Below are positions 40,195 through 50,067 of a stretch of 64,000 bases of DNA, in pieces. Source of the stretch: an uncultured Nitrospirota bacterium (GTDB taxonomy: Bacteria > Nitrospirota > Nitrospiria > JACRHA01); the NCBI GenBank assembly GCA_964481895.1, contig CAYZUL010000003.1:9294-73293 (forward strand). The letters run 5' to 3'. The position numbers were made by a program, and so were the translations under genes. The notes under the pieces were generated by a model, which worked only from the letters and a program-made list of their open reading frames with translations, searched no databases and was not told the origin of the DNA. The number at the start of each line of letters is the position of its first letter. The first letter of the stretch is position 1.

Positions 40195-41080
40195 ATTCTT
40201 TTCCTCTGGGATGGGTCTTGTCGTATACCTCCATAAGCTTGTCCATGCTTAAATGTATATATCTCTGTGTCGTAGAGAGACTTGCATGTCCCAGGAGTTC
40301 CTGTATTGATCTTAGATCTGCCCCGCCATCTAAAAGATGGGTGGCGAAGGTATGCCTCAGGGTATGTGGTGTGGCATGGCGTATCATACCTATCCGCTTA
40401 ACATATTTTGCTACTATACCCTCGATGCCTCTTGCTGTCAATCTCCTGCCGAACCTGTTCAGAAAGATCGGGTGAGGCATGATCTCCTCCCTTTCCGTCC
40501 CGTTTATATATTCCGTCATGGCCTTTATCGCCTTTGAACCTAACGGTACGATCCTCTCCTTTTTACCCTTTCCCCTTACCCTTACCAGACCGTCACCAAG
40601 GTTAAGATCACCAAGGTTAAGGGATGCGAGTTCACTCACTCTTATACCGGCAGAGTAGAATGTCTCGAGTATAGCCCTGTCCCTCAAGCCGAATCGCTCA
40701 TTGCCGTCCGCTGATTCCATGAGTCTGATTGCCTCATCAAGCGTAAGAAAGGATGGGAGCATCTTTTCTCTCTTCGGGCTTGAGACCATTTTTGCCGGAT
40801 TTATCTCTATGATCCCCTCCCTGTTCAGATATCTAAAAAAACTTCTCAAAGAAGCGAGCCTCCTGCCCAGGGAGTTTCTTGATTCGCCTTTTTTGTGGAG
40901 CTCAGCCAGGAACCCCCTGATAATTATATGATCTATAGAGGCAAGCCTGATAGCCCCTCCGTTTTTCTTAAGGTATTCAGAGAACATCCTCAGATCGTAG
41001 GTATAACCTTTTACAGTATGTTCAGATGCCCCTCTCTCTACCTCAAGATATCTGATAAATCCTTCGACCTCTTTTTCCAT
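40169..41080 (-). CDS. xerC: tyrosine recombinase XerC/XerD (CodV-like)
   Basis: 303 aa. N-terminal core-binding domain and a C-terminal catalytic R..HxxR..Y region ([12 protein letters not shown]...TQRYIH). xerC-hslV-hslU synteny matches B. subtilis codV-clpQ-clpY. Confidence 0.85.
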   Translation of the reverse strand: MEKEVEGFIRYLEVERGASEHTVKGYTYDLRMFSEYLKKNGGAIRLASIDHIIIRGFLAELHKKGESRNSLGRRLASLRSFFRYLNREGIIEINPAKMVSSPKREKMLPSFLTLDEAIRLMESADGNERFGLRDRAILETFYSAGIRVSELASLNLGDLNLGDGLVRVRGKGKKERIVPLGSKAIKAMTEYINGTEREEIMPHPIFLNRFGRRLTARGIEGIVAKYVKRIGMIRHATPHTLRHTFATHLLDGGADLRSIQELLGHASLSTTQRYIHLSMDKLMEVYDKTHPRGKEYGKRKTRK

Positions 41081-41095
41081 TTAGATACCATTCCT

Positions 41096-41233
41096 AGGGG
41101 CTTGCGTCGCCCCCTCCACCGGCCAGGCCGGATGGAGCCTCCCCCTCAACGCTCGCAACGCTCGCTGGGTTGATACCCACTTGCAGGGGCTTTAGTCGCC
41201 CCCTACAACTCAATGCTTACTTTGCCCGCTTGG
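41096..41233. repeat. GC-rich intergenic repeat, copy D (reverse orientation)
   Basis: AGGGGCTTGCGTCGCCCCCTCCACC...GCCTCCCCCTCAACGCTCGCAACGCTCGCTGGG...GGGGCTTTAGTCGCCCCCTACAACTCAATGC, between the topA stop and the xerC start. Confidence 0.8.
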
Positions 41234-41246
41234 TGTACTCCTAATC

Positions 41247-43517
41247 TTAGGCTGTTTCTGCCTCTTTGTGTCCGCAACCCTCAGTCCTGCACTGGATGTT
41301 GATTTCACCGCCGGACCTCTTCTCTATCATGAATGGCGCCTTGCACAGGGGGCATGCCTTAGGGACGGGTTTTTCCCAGATTGCGAATTTACATTTAGGA
41401 TAGTTGGTGCAGGAATAAAATATCTTCCCCCTTTTTGTCCTCTTTTCTGTTAGTTCGCCGCCGCACCCTTCTTCAGGGCATTTAATGCCCGTAGTAATGG
41501 TCCTTGTATTCTGGCATTCGGGATAGCCTTCGCAGGCAAGGAATCTCCCGAATCTCCCCCTCTTTATAACCATCTTTTTACCGCACTTATCACATACCTC
41601 ATTGGTAATTTCAGTCTTGTCAATTACCTCAATCTCCCCGGTATCTTTTTTTACAAATTCCTTCGTGTTCTTGCATTCAGGGTAGCCGGGGCATGCCAGA
41701 AACTTCCCGTTCCTTCCCCATTTTATAACCATCTTCTTGCCGCATTTATCACAGGATATATCCGTATGAACCTCTTCCCTCTTAACGTTCTTCATCTCCA
41801 GTCCTGCCTTTTTAAGGCTATCCTGGAAGGGGTCATAGAAATCCCTTACAGCCTCGACCCATTCCTTCTCTCCCTCCTCTATCTCATCGAGTTCTTCTTC
41901 CATTTTTGCTGTAAATTCGACATCAATGATATTGGGGAAATGTGCAACGAGGAGTTCGTTTACGATGGTGCCGAGTTCTGTTGGTTTAAGCTTCCCCTCG
42001 ACCTTTTCTACATACTTCCTGTCCTGGATTGTGGTTACTATGGCGGCATAGGTGCTGGGTCTCCCTATCTCTTTCTCCTCCAGTTCCTTTATGAGTGTTG
42101 CCTCCGTATACCTTGGCGGCGGCTGGGTGAAGTGCTGTTTAGGTTCAAGGTTCAAGGGCCTTAGTTCCTCTCCTACTTCAAGCTGCGGCAGCCTTGAACC
42201 GTCTTCTTCTTCAGCCTCCTGAGACCCGTGGGTCTGTTCGACCTCTCCTCTTTCTTCTGAGTATACTGCTGTAAATCCTGGAAATCTGACGATCGAACCA
42301 GTTGCCTTAAAGAGATATTCACCTGCCCCGATATCTACCCGTGTAATGTCCATGATAGCCGGGTTCATCTGCGAGGCAACAAACCTGTTCCATATCAGTT
42401 TGTAGAGATTGTAATGATCACGCCCAAGATATGCCTTTATCTTCTCAGGGTCCCTTGTTATTGATGTTGGCCTTATAGCCTCATGGGCCTCCTGGGCGGT
42501 CTTTTTGGTCTTATAGACCGGGGGCTTGGCAGGGAGATAGTCTCTGCCATATTTTTCGATTATATAGCCTCTTACCTCTTCCTGGGCCTCCTCCCCGATC
42601 CTGGTTGAATCGGTACGCATATAGGTTATGAGGCCTACAGGACCCTCATCTCCTATCTCTATCCCTTCATAGAGTTGCTGGGCCAATAGCATGGTCTTTT
42701 TTGGGGAGAATTTTAACTTCTGTGATGCCTCCTGCTGAAGTCTGCTTGTAATGAAAGGCGCTACAGGATTCCTCCTCTTCTCCTTTTTTTCGATATTCTT
42801 TACTACAAAACTTCTACCTTCAAGCAGCCTCACTACTTCAGCGGCCGCGGCCCCGTTACCAATATCGATCTCCTCATCGCCCTTTTTGAAAAGCTTTGCC
42901 TCAAAGGGGGGAGGCAATTTTCCTTCCAGTCTTGCAGTTATGGACCAGTACTCTTCGGTTACAAAGGATGTTATCGCGCTCTCCCTTTCGCATATAAGTC
43001 TCACAGCTACAGACTGCACCCTTCCTGCGCTTAACCCCCTCCTTACCTTTTCCCATAAAAGGGGGCTTAGCATATATCCCACAATCCGGTCGAGTATCCT
43101 CCTGGCCTGCTGTGCATTTACCTTCTTCAGATCCAGCCTTCCCGGGTGCTCCATGGCCTTTCTTATTGCAGTTTCTGTAATCTCGTTGAAAAGAACCCTG
43201 TAGATCCTATCGCTGTTGCCATTTAACTCCTCGGCTATATGCCAGGCAATGGCCTCCCCCTCACGGTCAGGGTCGGGGGCTAGGTAGATCTTTTTTGCAG
43301 TCTTTGCCGACTTCTTAATCTCATCGATAAATTTTCCCTTGTCTTTGATCGTTACATATTCAGGTCTGAAATCGTTATCTATATCTATGCCCAGTTTCTT
43401 CACCGGCAGGTCTCTTACATGACCCATTGATGCCTTTACTATATAATCCTTTCCAAGGTACTTGCTGATTGTCTTGGCCTTGGAAGGCGATTCGACTATC
43501 ACGACCGACTTAGACAT
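41247..43517 (-). CDS. topA: DNA topoisomerase I
   Basis: 756 aa. TOPRIM N-terminus (VVIVESPSKAKTISKYLG), an active-site Tyr region and C-terminal C4 zinc ribbons. Confidence 0.95.
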   Translation of the reverse strand: MSKSVVIVESPSKAKTISKYLGKDYIVKASMGHVRDLPVKKLGIDIDNDFRPEYVTIKDKGKFIDEIKKSAKTAKKIYLAPDPDREGEAIAWHIAEELNGNSDRIYRVLFNEITETAIRKAMEHPGRLDLKKVNAQQARRILDRIVGYMLSPLLWEKVRRGLSAGRVQSVAVRLICERESAITSFVTEEYWSITARLEGKLPPPFEAKLFKKGDEEIDIGNGAAAAEVVRLLEGRSFVVKNIEKKEKRRNPVAPFITSRLQQEASQKLKFSPKKTMLLAQQLYEGIEIGDEGPVGLITYMRTDSTRIGEEAQEEVRGYIIEKYGRDYLPAKPPVYKTKKTAQEAHEAIRPTSITRDPEKIKAYLGRDHYNLYKLIWNRFVASQMNPAIMDITRVDIGAGEYLFKATGSIVRFPGFTAVYSEERGEVEQTHGSQEAEEEDGSRLPQLEVGEELRPLNLEPKQHFTQPPPRYTEATLIKELEEKEIGRPSTYAAIVTTIQDRKYVEKVEGKLKPTELGTIVNELLVAHFPNIIDVEFTAKMEEELDEIEEGEKEWVEAVRDFYDPFQDSLKKAGLEMKNVKREEVHTDISCDKCGKKMVIKWGRNGKFLACPGYPECKNTKEFVKKDTGEIEVIDKTEITNEVCDKCGKKMVIKRGRFGRFLACEGYPECQNTRTITTGIKCPEEGCGGELTEKRTKRGKIFYSCTNYPKCKFAIWEKPVPKACPLCKAPFMIEKRSGGEINIQCRTEGCGHKEAETA

Positions 43518-43545
43518 CTAACCTCCAAAAAATTACTTATCAGAT

Positions 43546-44649
43546 TTATCTTTTAATATACATGTTTCCGTCAAGCTTCCGGACTGCGCCCTTTAGTTCC
43601 AGGCCCAATAAGATTGTTGAGACCCTGGATGAGGGAAGACCGCTGCCAAAGGTAATTTCATCTATATGTCTTGGTTCATATGACATAAGGTTACGGATTA
43701 ATTCTTCCTCTCCTGAAAGATTGTGTCTTTCTTCTTTATTTAACATGTCAACTTCCCTTTTGGCAAGTTGAGGTATCAACTCTTCAAGTATATCATCTAT
43801 ATTCTCTACAAGCTTTGCACCCTTTTTTATCAGACCGTTTGTGCCGCTGCTATTCCTTGAATTGATATTCCCGGGGATTGCAAAGACCTCCCGCCCATGT
43901 TCAAGGGCGGCATTGGCTGTTATCAATGAGCCGCTGTCATTGGATGCCTCTATAACGAGCACCCCTGCCGAGATCCCGCTTATGATCCGGTTCCTCTTGG
44001 GGAAGTTTATCCTCTCCGGCGGGGTCCCTGGCTCAAATTCGGATATTATTGCGCCATTTTCAACGATCTTGCCAGCCAACTCCCTGTTGTCGGGGGGATA
44101 TAATATATCAATGCCCGACCCCAAAACCGCTATAGTCCTCCCTCCTGCTGTCATCGCCCCCTGATGCGCAAAGGTGTCTATCCCCCTCGCCATTCCGCTT
44201 ACAATCGTATAACCATAAGATACCAATTCACTGCTTAACCTTTCCGTTATCGTCCTTCCGTAAGTTGTCGCATTTCTGGCGCCTACTATTGCTATGGCGT
44301 TTTCATCCTCTTTTGTTATTTCTCCTTTAATGTATAATATCGGCGGCGGATCATAGATCTTCCTGAGCCTTTCCGGATAGACGCTGTTATTCAGGGTTAT
44401 AACAGTTATACCTAACCTTTCTATCTCATCGATCTCATCCACTATCTTTTTATCAGGCTTAAACCTAACTATATTGTTTGCCAGGGAACTGCCTATGCCT
44501 TCCACCTTTAATAATTCAGAGAGGCCTGCAGATAGGGCGCATTCCGGAGACCCGAAGGTCTCAATAAGCCTTTTAAAATTGACATTCCCAATACCCGGAA
44601 CGGATCTTAAGGCAAGCCAGTAATATATATCTTCTTTCGCTGATCCCAT
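43546..44649 (-). CDS. dprA: DNA processing protein DprA (Smf)
   Basis: 367 aa. Rossmann-like DprA domain (IVSGMARGIDTFAHQGA). dprA-topA synteny. Confidence 0.85.
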   Translation of the reverse strand: MGSAKEDIYYWLALRSVPGIGNVNFKRLIETFGSPECALSAGLSELLKVEGIGSSLANNIVRFKPDKKIVDEIDEIERLGITVITLNNSVYPERLRKIYDPPPILYIKGEITKEDENAIAIVGARNATTYGRTITERLSSELVSYGYTIVSGMARGIDTFAHQGAMTAGGRTIAVLGSGIDILYPPDNRELAGKIVENGAIISEFEPGTPPERINFPKRNRIISGISAGVLVIEASNDSGSLITANAALEHGREVFAIPGNINSRNSSGTNGLIKKGAKLVENIDDILEELIPQLAKREVDMLNKEERHNLSGEEELIRNLMSYEPRHIDEITFGSGLPSSRVSTILLGLELKGAVRKLDGNMYIKR

Positions 44650-44752
44650 GTATGACCGTTCTATTGCAGTGGTTTAAATTGGCTACAAATTATATTATAT
44701 GGTTGGTCAGAGTCAAGACCTTTCAGACATTGTTCTTTTAATTATATTTTTT

Positions 44753-44792
44753 GATGGCACTCCTTGGCAAAGATGCCATCTCCTGTTATAAT
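44753..44792 (+). promoter_or_regulatory. sigma70-like promoter (-35 TTGGCA 44765-44770, 16-nt spacer, -10 TATAAT 44787-44792) overlapped by palindrome GATGGCA-N14-TGCCATC (44753-44780)
   Basis: Near-consensus hexamers 48 nt upstream of the tkt ATG. A perfect 7-bp inverted repeat overlaps the -35, suggesting a dimeric regulator operator. Confidence 0.5.
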
Positions 44793-44839
44793 GAAACCCT
44801 TGTAAACAAGACGTAACTTACTGGAGACCCGTCATAAAG

Positions 44840-46894
44840 ATGAAAACCGATGGAAATGAATTAGATCAGCTTTGTATCAACACAATCCGCATGCTGGCTG
44901 TTGATGCGGTACAGAAGGCCAACTCCGGGCACCCCGGGGCCCCAATGGGCCTGGCCACGCTGGCTTATGCCCTGTGGACCCGCTTTTTAAAACATAGCCC
45001 CAGGAATCCTCTCTGGCCTGACCGCGACAGGTTTGTCCTTTCAGCCGGGCATGCCTCGATGCTCCTCTACAGCCTGCTCCATCTGACAGGCTATGATCTA
45101 TCGCTTGAGGAGATAAAGGGATTCCGGCAATGGGGGAGTAAGACACCGGGGCATCCCGAAAATGTCCATACCCCGGGTGTGGAGACAACGACGGGCCCGC
45201 TTGGGCAGGGTTTTGCCAATGGCGTTGGAATGGCCATTGTTGAGCGTCTCCTTGCGGAGCGTTTTAACCGTCCAGGACATACCATTGTGGATCATTATAC
45301 CTATGTAGTTGCAAGTGATGGCGACATGATGGAGGGGATCGCCTCGGAGGCTGCATCCCTTGCCGGCAACCTTGGTCTTGGAAAACTGATCTGCTTTTAT
45401 GATGACAACCATGTGACCATCGAGGGGTCTACTGATCTCTCCTTCCATGAGGATGTGAAGAGGCGTTTTGAGGCATACCACTGGCATGTAATATCAATTC
45501 AGGATGACGGGAATGACCTTGGGGCGATCTCAAAGGCTATCATGGCTGCTCAGACAGAGACATCCGTTCCATCCCTCATTATAGTCCGTACCCATATAGG
45601 TTATGGGAGTCCAAACAGGCAGGATACGGCCAAGGCCCATGGCGAACCGCTGGGGCATGATGAGGTAAAACTTACAAAACAAAATTTGGCTTGGCCCCTG
45701 GAGCCCGACTTTTATATACCTGATGCGGTGCTGGATAATTTTCGCAAGGCTGTTGAAAAGGGTATTTCCCTTGAGACCGACTGGCAGAAGCGGTTTGATG
45801 CATATTCTGCAGAGCATCCAGACCTGGCAAGTGAATGGCAGCAGGTAATGAGCAGAAAACTTCCAGCAGGATGGGATTCGGATGTCAGGGGATACAAGCC
45901 TAAGGGTTCGATGGCGACCCGGCAGGCCTCGGGCGAGGTGTTAAATCTGATCGCCCCCCGTTTATCTACCCTGGTTGGCGGTTCGGCCGATCTTGCACCT
46001 TCGAACAATACCAATCTTAAGGGGTTTGCTGATATCTCTAAAAAGGATTTCAGCGGACGCAACATCCACTTTGGTGTCCGGGAGCATGCCATGGGAGGTG
46101 TCTTAAATGGGATGGCTCTCCATGGAGGGGTCATCCCCTATGGGGGTACATTTCTTATATTTTCAGATTATATGAAGCCTTCCATACGGCTGGCCGCCCT
46201 TATGGGTCTTCCTGTTGTCTATGTCTTTACCCACGACAGCATCGGTCTTGGGGAGGATGGCCCGACGCATCAGCCTATTGAACACCTGGCCGGCCTGAGG
46301 GCTATCCCAAATCTTACAGTGATCCGCCCTGCTGATGCGGCAGAGACAGCCGTTGCCTGGCGCCTGGCAATCGAAGGGCAGAGAGGTCCTGTTGCCCTGG
46401 TATTGACACGCCAGAAGCTTCCTGTCCTGGACCGGGGCCTGTATGCGTCGGCCGATCTTCTGGAAAAGGGTGGATACGTCCTTTTCGAGACCAAGGGAAA
46501 AAGGCCGGAGCTGATCCTTATAGCCACAGGTTCTGAGATTCATTTGGCATTAGAGGCGGTCCAGAAACTTGAGTCGCAGGGGATTGCCTTGCGAATTGTA
46601 AGTATACCTAGTTGGGAACTTTTTGACCGGCAACCTGCCGAGTATCGTCTGTCAGTACTCCCTCCTGAGGTGCCGGCAAGGATCTCCATTGAGGCGGCTT
46701 CTATCTTCGGATGGGATCGTTATGTCGGCAGCGAGGGTGCAATTATCGGTCTTGACCGGTTTGGCGCCTCAGCCCCCGGAGAGGTCCTGATGCGGGAGTT
46801 CGGGTTCTCGGTTGAGAATATTGTTTTACGGGCTCAGGCCCTCTTGAAGAATCTGTCTAATGCTGGTTCAAACAAAAAAGGTAAGCGCCATTAA
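44840..46894 (+). CDS. tkt: transketolase
   Basis: 684 aa. TPP-binding motifs (GHPG...GPLGQG), transketolase pyrimidine-binding domain and C-terminal domain. Confidence 0.95.
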   Translation: MKTDGNELDQLCINTIRMLAVDAVQKANSGHPGAPMGLATLAYALWTRFLKHSPRNPLWPDRDRFVLSAGHASMLLYSLLHLTGYDLSLEEIKGFRQWGSKTPGHPENVHTPGVETTTGPLGQGFANGVGMAIVERLLAERFNRPGHTIVDHYTYVVASDGDMMEGIASEAASLAGNLGLGKLICFYDDNHVTIEGSTDLSFHEDVKRRFEAYHWHVISIQDDGNDLGAISKAIMAAQTETSVPSLIIVRTHIGYGSPNRQDTAKAHGEPLGHDEVKLTKQNLAWPLEPDFYIPDAVLDNFRKAVEKGISLETDWQKRFDAYSAEHPDLASEWQQVMSRKLPAGWDSDVRGYKPKGSMATRQASGEVLNLIAPRLSTLVGGSADLAPSNNTNLKGFADISKKDFSGRNIHFGVREHAMGGVLNGMALHGGVIPYGGTFLIFSDYMKPSIRLAALMGLPVVYVFTHDSIGLGEDGPTHQPIEHLAGLRAIPNLTVIRPADAAETAVAWRLAIEGQRGPVALVLTRQKLPVLDRGLYASADLLEKGGYVLFETKGKRPELILIATGSEIHLALEAVQKLESQGIALRIVSIPSWELFDRQPAEYRLSVLPPEVPARISIEAASIFGWDRYVGSEGAIIGLDRFGASAPGEVLMREFGFSVENIVLRAQALLKNLSNAGSNKKGKRH

Positions 46895-46942
46895 TACCAA
46901 TTCGAATTCAACAGGATACCAGGGCGGCGAGGAGGAGTTAGT

Positions 46943-47866
46943 ATGGAAAAGAGGATAAGTGATATCTTAAGCTGGTATGCCAGCGACAATCCAGGCACTA
47001 AAACCAACCTTGCCCGCATACTAAACCATGGAAAACTGGGTGGCACAGGAAGATTGGTTATCCTTCCGGTTGATCAGGGTTTTGAGCATGGCCCTGCGCG
47101 CAGTTTTGCACCCAATCCATCTGCCTATAACCCTCTATACCACTTTGAGCTCGCTATTGAATCAGGTTGCAGCGCATATGCAGCCCCCCTCGGATTTATT
47201 GAGGCCGGCGCAGCGGAGTATGCCGGAGAGATCCCGCTAATCCTGAAACTAAACAGCCATGACACCCTGACAGATGAAAAGGATCCCCTCTCGGCTCAGA
47301 CTGCAAGTGTACGTGATGCCCTGAGGCTTGGCTGTGCCGGTGTCGGATATACAATCTATCCCGGCTCGGCCTTCAGTCAGGAAATGTACGAGCAGCTTCG
47401 GGAGATTGCCGAGGAGGCCAGGAGTCTTGGTCTTGTCGTAGTAGTCTGGTCTTATCCGCGGGGCTCAGGTTTGACCCCGAAGGGTGAGACCGCGATTGAT
47501 GTCGTGGCCTATGCCACACAGATTGCCTGCCAGCTTGGGGCGCACATTGTCAAGGTCAAATTGCCGGCTGATCATATCGAGCAGGCCGCGGCCAGGAAGG
47601 TATACGAGACATACCATATACCTGTCAAGACCCCTGAAGACCGGGTCCGCCACGTTGTGCAGAGCGCCTTTGATGGCAGGCGGATCGTCATCTTCTCCGG
47701 CGGAACCAAAGAGGAGGACGAGGTCTTTTTTAGCCAGGTCAGGGCCATAAGGGATGGCGGCGGCTTTGGTTCGATCATCGGCCGCAATACCTTTCAACGT
47801 CCCAGGGAGGATGCATTAAGGTTTCTCGAAAGGGTAATGAAGATATATACCGGAGAAGCGGGATAA
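46943..47866 (+). CDS. fbaB: class I fructose-bisphosphate aldolase (DhnA/FbaB-type, DeoC/LacD family)
   Basis: 307 aa. VILPVDQGFEHGP and a Schiff-base lysine region (IVKVKL), typical of archaeal-type class I aldolases. The related AroA-prime function cannot be excluded. Confidence 0.55.
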   Translation: MEKRISDILSWYASDNPGTKTNLARILNHGKLGGTGRLVILPVDQGFEHGPARSFAPNPSAYNPLYHFELAIESGCSAYAAPLGFIEAGAAEYAGEIPLILKLNSHDTLTDEKDPLSAQTASVRDALRLGCAGVGYTIYPGSAFSQEMYEQLREIAEEARSLGLVVVVWSYPRGSGLTPKGETAIDVVAYATQIACQLGAHIVKVKLPADHIEQAAARKVYETYHIPVKTPEDRVRHVVQSAFDGRRIVIFSGGTKEEDEVFFSQVRAIRDGGGFGSIIGRNTFQRPREDALRFLERVMKIYTGEAG

Positions 47867-47889
47867 GGAATTTACTAAGGAGGTAGTAT

Positions 47890-50067
47890 TTGGAGCGTTT
47901 GAGGGTTGGTTTCCTTTGGCACATGCATCAGCCTTATTATAAGGATCCTCTCACCGGGGCCTATTCCGTACCATGGGTACGGCTCCATGGAATAAGGGCC
48001 TATTACGATATGGCCAAGTTGCTCCTTGATTTTCCCGATATCAGGGTTACAGTTAATTTCGTACCTTCCCTTCTTCTTCAGATCCTCGACTATCAGCAGG
48101 GCCAGGCCCGGGATATCTTTCTGGAGTATACCTTAAGGCCGGCTGCTGACCTGGAGGAGGCTGAACAGCGGTTTATCCTCCGATATTTCTTTATGGCCAA
48201 CTGGGAAACCATGGTAAAGCCTATGGCGAGATATTATGAACTCCTTCATGACCGGGGGGTAAATCCTGACGAGCAGACGCTGGATAGGGCTGTTTTCCAG
48301 TTTAAGGCACGGGATTACCTGGACATTCAGGTGCTTTTCAACCTCTCCTGGTTCGGCTTTAAGGCAGTGGAGGAGTTGCCGGCCATGTCTGAGCTGATTT
48401 CAAAAGGACGCAACTATACAGAGGATGATAAGGCCGTGGTTATCAGGCATCAGCATGATATCCTCCGGAGGCTGATCCCGCTTTACAGGGGTCTTGAGGA
48501 GACCGGACAGATTGAACTGACCACAAGTCCCTTCTATCATCCGATCCTGCCATTAATTTACGATACCAACATAGCCCGAAGATGTATGCCGTATTCGCCT
48601 TTACCGGACAGGTTTGAGGCGCCGGAGGATGCAAAGAACCAGATCAGAAAGGCCGTTGAATTTCATTCCCGCATTTTTGGGAAAAAGCCGCGGGGTTCAT
48701 GGCCTTCTGAGGGATCTGTCTGTCCTGAGGTGATCCCCTTCCTGGCAGATGCCGGCCTCCGCTGGATTGCAACAGATGAAGAGATCCTGCTTAATTCTAT
48801 GCCTATGCTCTCCCGGAAGGATGCCCTGTACAGGTCTTACATTGCTGTATCTGAAGGCCGTGAGATAGGTATAGTATTTCGCGATAAAGAGATCTCCAAC
48901 CTGATCAGCTTCACATTGGGAAAGATGGATGCAGCTGCTGCTGTCGACAGCCTGTTTAAGAGGTTTAAGGCCGTCCATGATATGTTTGAGAACAGGAATG
49001 AGTCTGCCCTGGTAACGATCATCATGGATGGAGAGAACCCATGGGAGTATTACCCTGAAGGCGGACGCCGCTTTCTGACTGAACTCTATTCCCGCCTGTC
49101 AAAATCCTCCGACTTCATGACCGTCCGGATTTCGGATGATCTTGACCGGCATCAGCCGCGGCAGCGGATCCATCACCTCTACTCCGGTTCCTGGATCAAT
49201 CATGATTTTGATATCTGGATCGGCTCCTTCGAAGAGAATCTGGCCTGGGAATATCTGAGCCGTACCCGCAGGGCCCTGCTCCCCCTTCTTAATGATTCCT
49301 CCGTGCCACAAGATAAGCGTGAAGCGGCCTGGGAGGCGATCTATGCAGCCGAGGGGAGCGATTGGTTCTGGTGGTATGGTGACGACTTCACGAGCGCACA
49401 GGAAGAGGAGTTTGACAGGCTTTTCCGGGGGCACCTTGCCGGGGCATTCCGGCATCTGGGCCTGGAGGTTCCCAAATATCTGTCCCGTTCGATCATCCAT
49501 CTTCATCCTGCAAAACATGTGATCGTGCCTGTAAATTTTATCCATCCTGTCCTTGACGGTAAGCGCACCACCTATTTTGAATGGCAGGGCGCAGGCCGCT
49601 ATGATGCCATGCTTCGCACATTGATCCCTGATGCCGGACCCCCGCTCTTATCGGCTATATACTATGGGTTCAACCTGACACACTGCTACCTCCGTATAGA
49701 CCCAATTGAAGGGGATGGCCCGGAGAAGCTGAAAGGATATGAGATCCATGTCCATTTCTTCGACGGACCTGAGGAATACAAATGCGTCATACCTAGTACC
49801 AACGGCATCCTTTCCCGATTTTTCATTAACCGGAGCTGGGATGGGATACGGTATGAACTGCTGGCAGAGGCAGATACCATTGCAATGGGACAAGTCTTGG
49901 AACTTGCAGTGCCCTTTGACGCCCTTGGATGGAAGCCGGGGGAGAGTTTCAATTTTATCGTAGAGGTCCTGGTGGATGGAAAGGTGATAGAGACCTATCC
50001 CCCTAAGGGTTATATACCAATTGAGGTGCCTGGTAAGGACTTTGAACAGATGATGTGGAGCGTCTGA
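47890..50067 (+). CDS. glycoside hydrolase family 57 protein (alpha-glucan branching/4-alpha-glucanotransferase-like)
   Basis: 725 aa. GH57 N-terminal signature GFLWHMHQPYY. TTG start with RBS AAGGAGG. Confidence 0.8.
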   Translation: MERLRVGFLWHMHQPYYKDPLTGAYSVPWVRLHGIRAYYDMAKLLLDFPDIRVTVNFVPSLLLQILDYQQGQARDIFLEYTLRPAADLEEAEQRFILRYFFMANWETMVKPMARYYELLHDRGVNPDEQTLDRAVFQFKARDYLDIQVLFNLSWFGFKAVEELPAMSELISKGRNYTEDDKAVVIRHQHDILRRLIPLYRGLEETGQIELTTSPFYHPILPLIYDTNIARRCMPYSPLPDRFEAPEDAKNQIRKAVEFHSRIFGKKPRGSWPSEGSVCPEVIPFLADAGLRWIATDEEILLNSMPMLSRKDALYRSYIAVSEGREIGIVFRDKEISNLISFTLGKMDAAAAVDSLFKRFKAVHDMFENRNESALVTIIMDGENPWEYYPEGGRRFLTELYSRLSKSSDFMTVRISDDLDRHQPRQRIHHLYSGSWINHDFDIWIGSFEENLAWEYLSRTRRALLPLLNDSSVPQDKREAAWEAIYAAEGSDWFWWYGDDFTSAQEEEFDRLFRGHLAGAFRHLGLEVPKYLSRSIIHLHPAKHVIVPVNFIHPVLDGKRTTYFEWQGAGRYDAMLRTLIPDAGPPLLSAIYYGFNLTHCYLRIDPIEGDGPEKLKGYEIHVHFFDGPEEYKCVIPSTNGILSRFFINRSWDGIRYELLAEADTIAMGQVLELAVPFDALGWKPGESFNFIVEVLVDGKVIETYPPKGYIPIEVPGKDFEQMMWSV

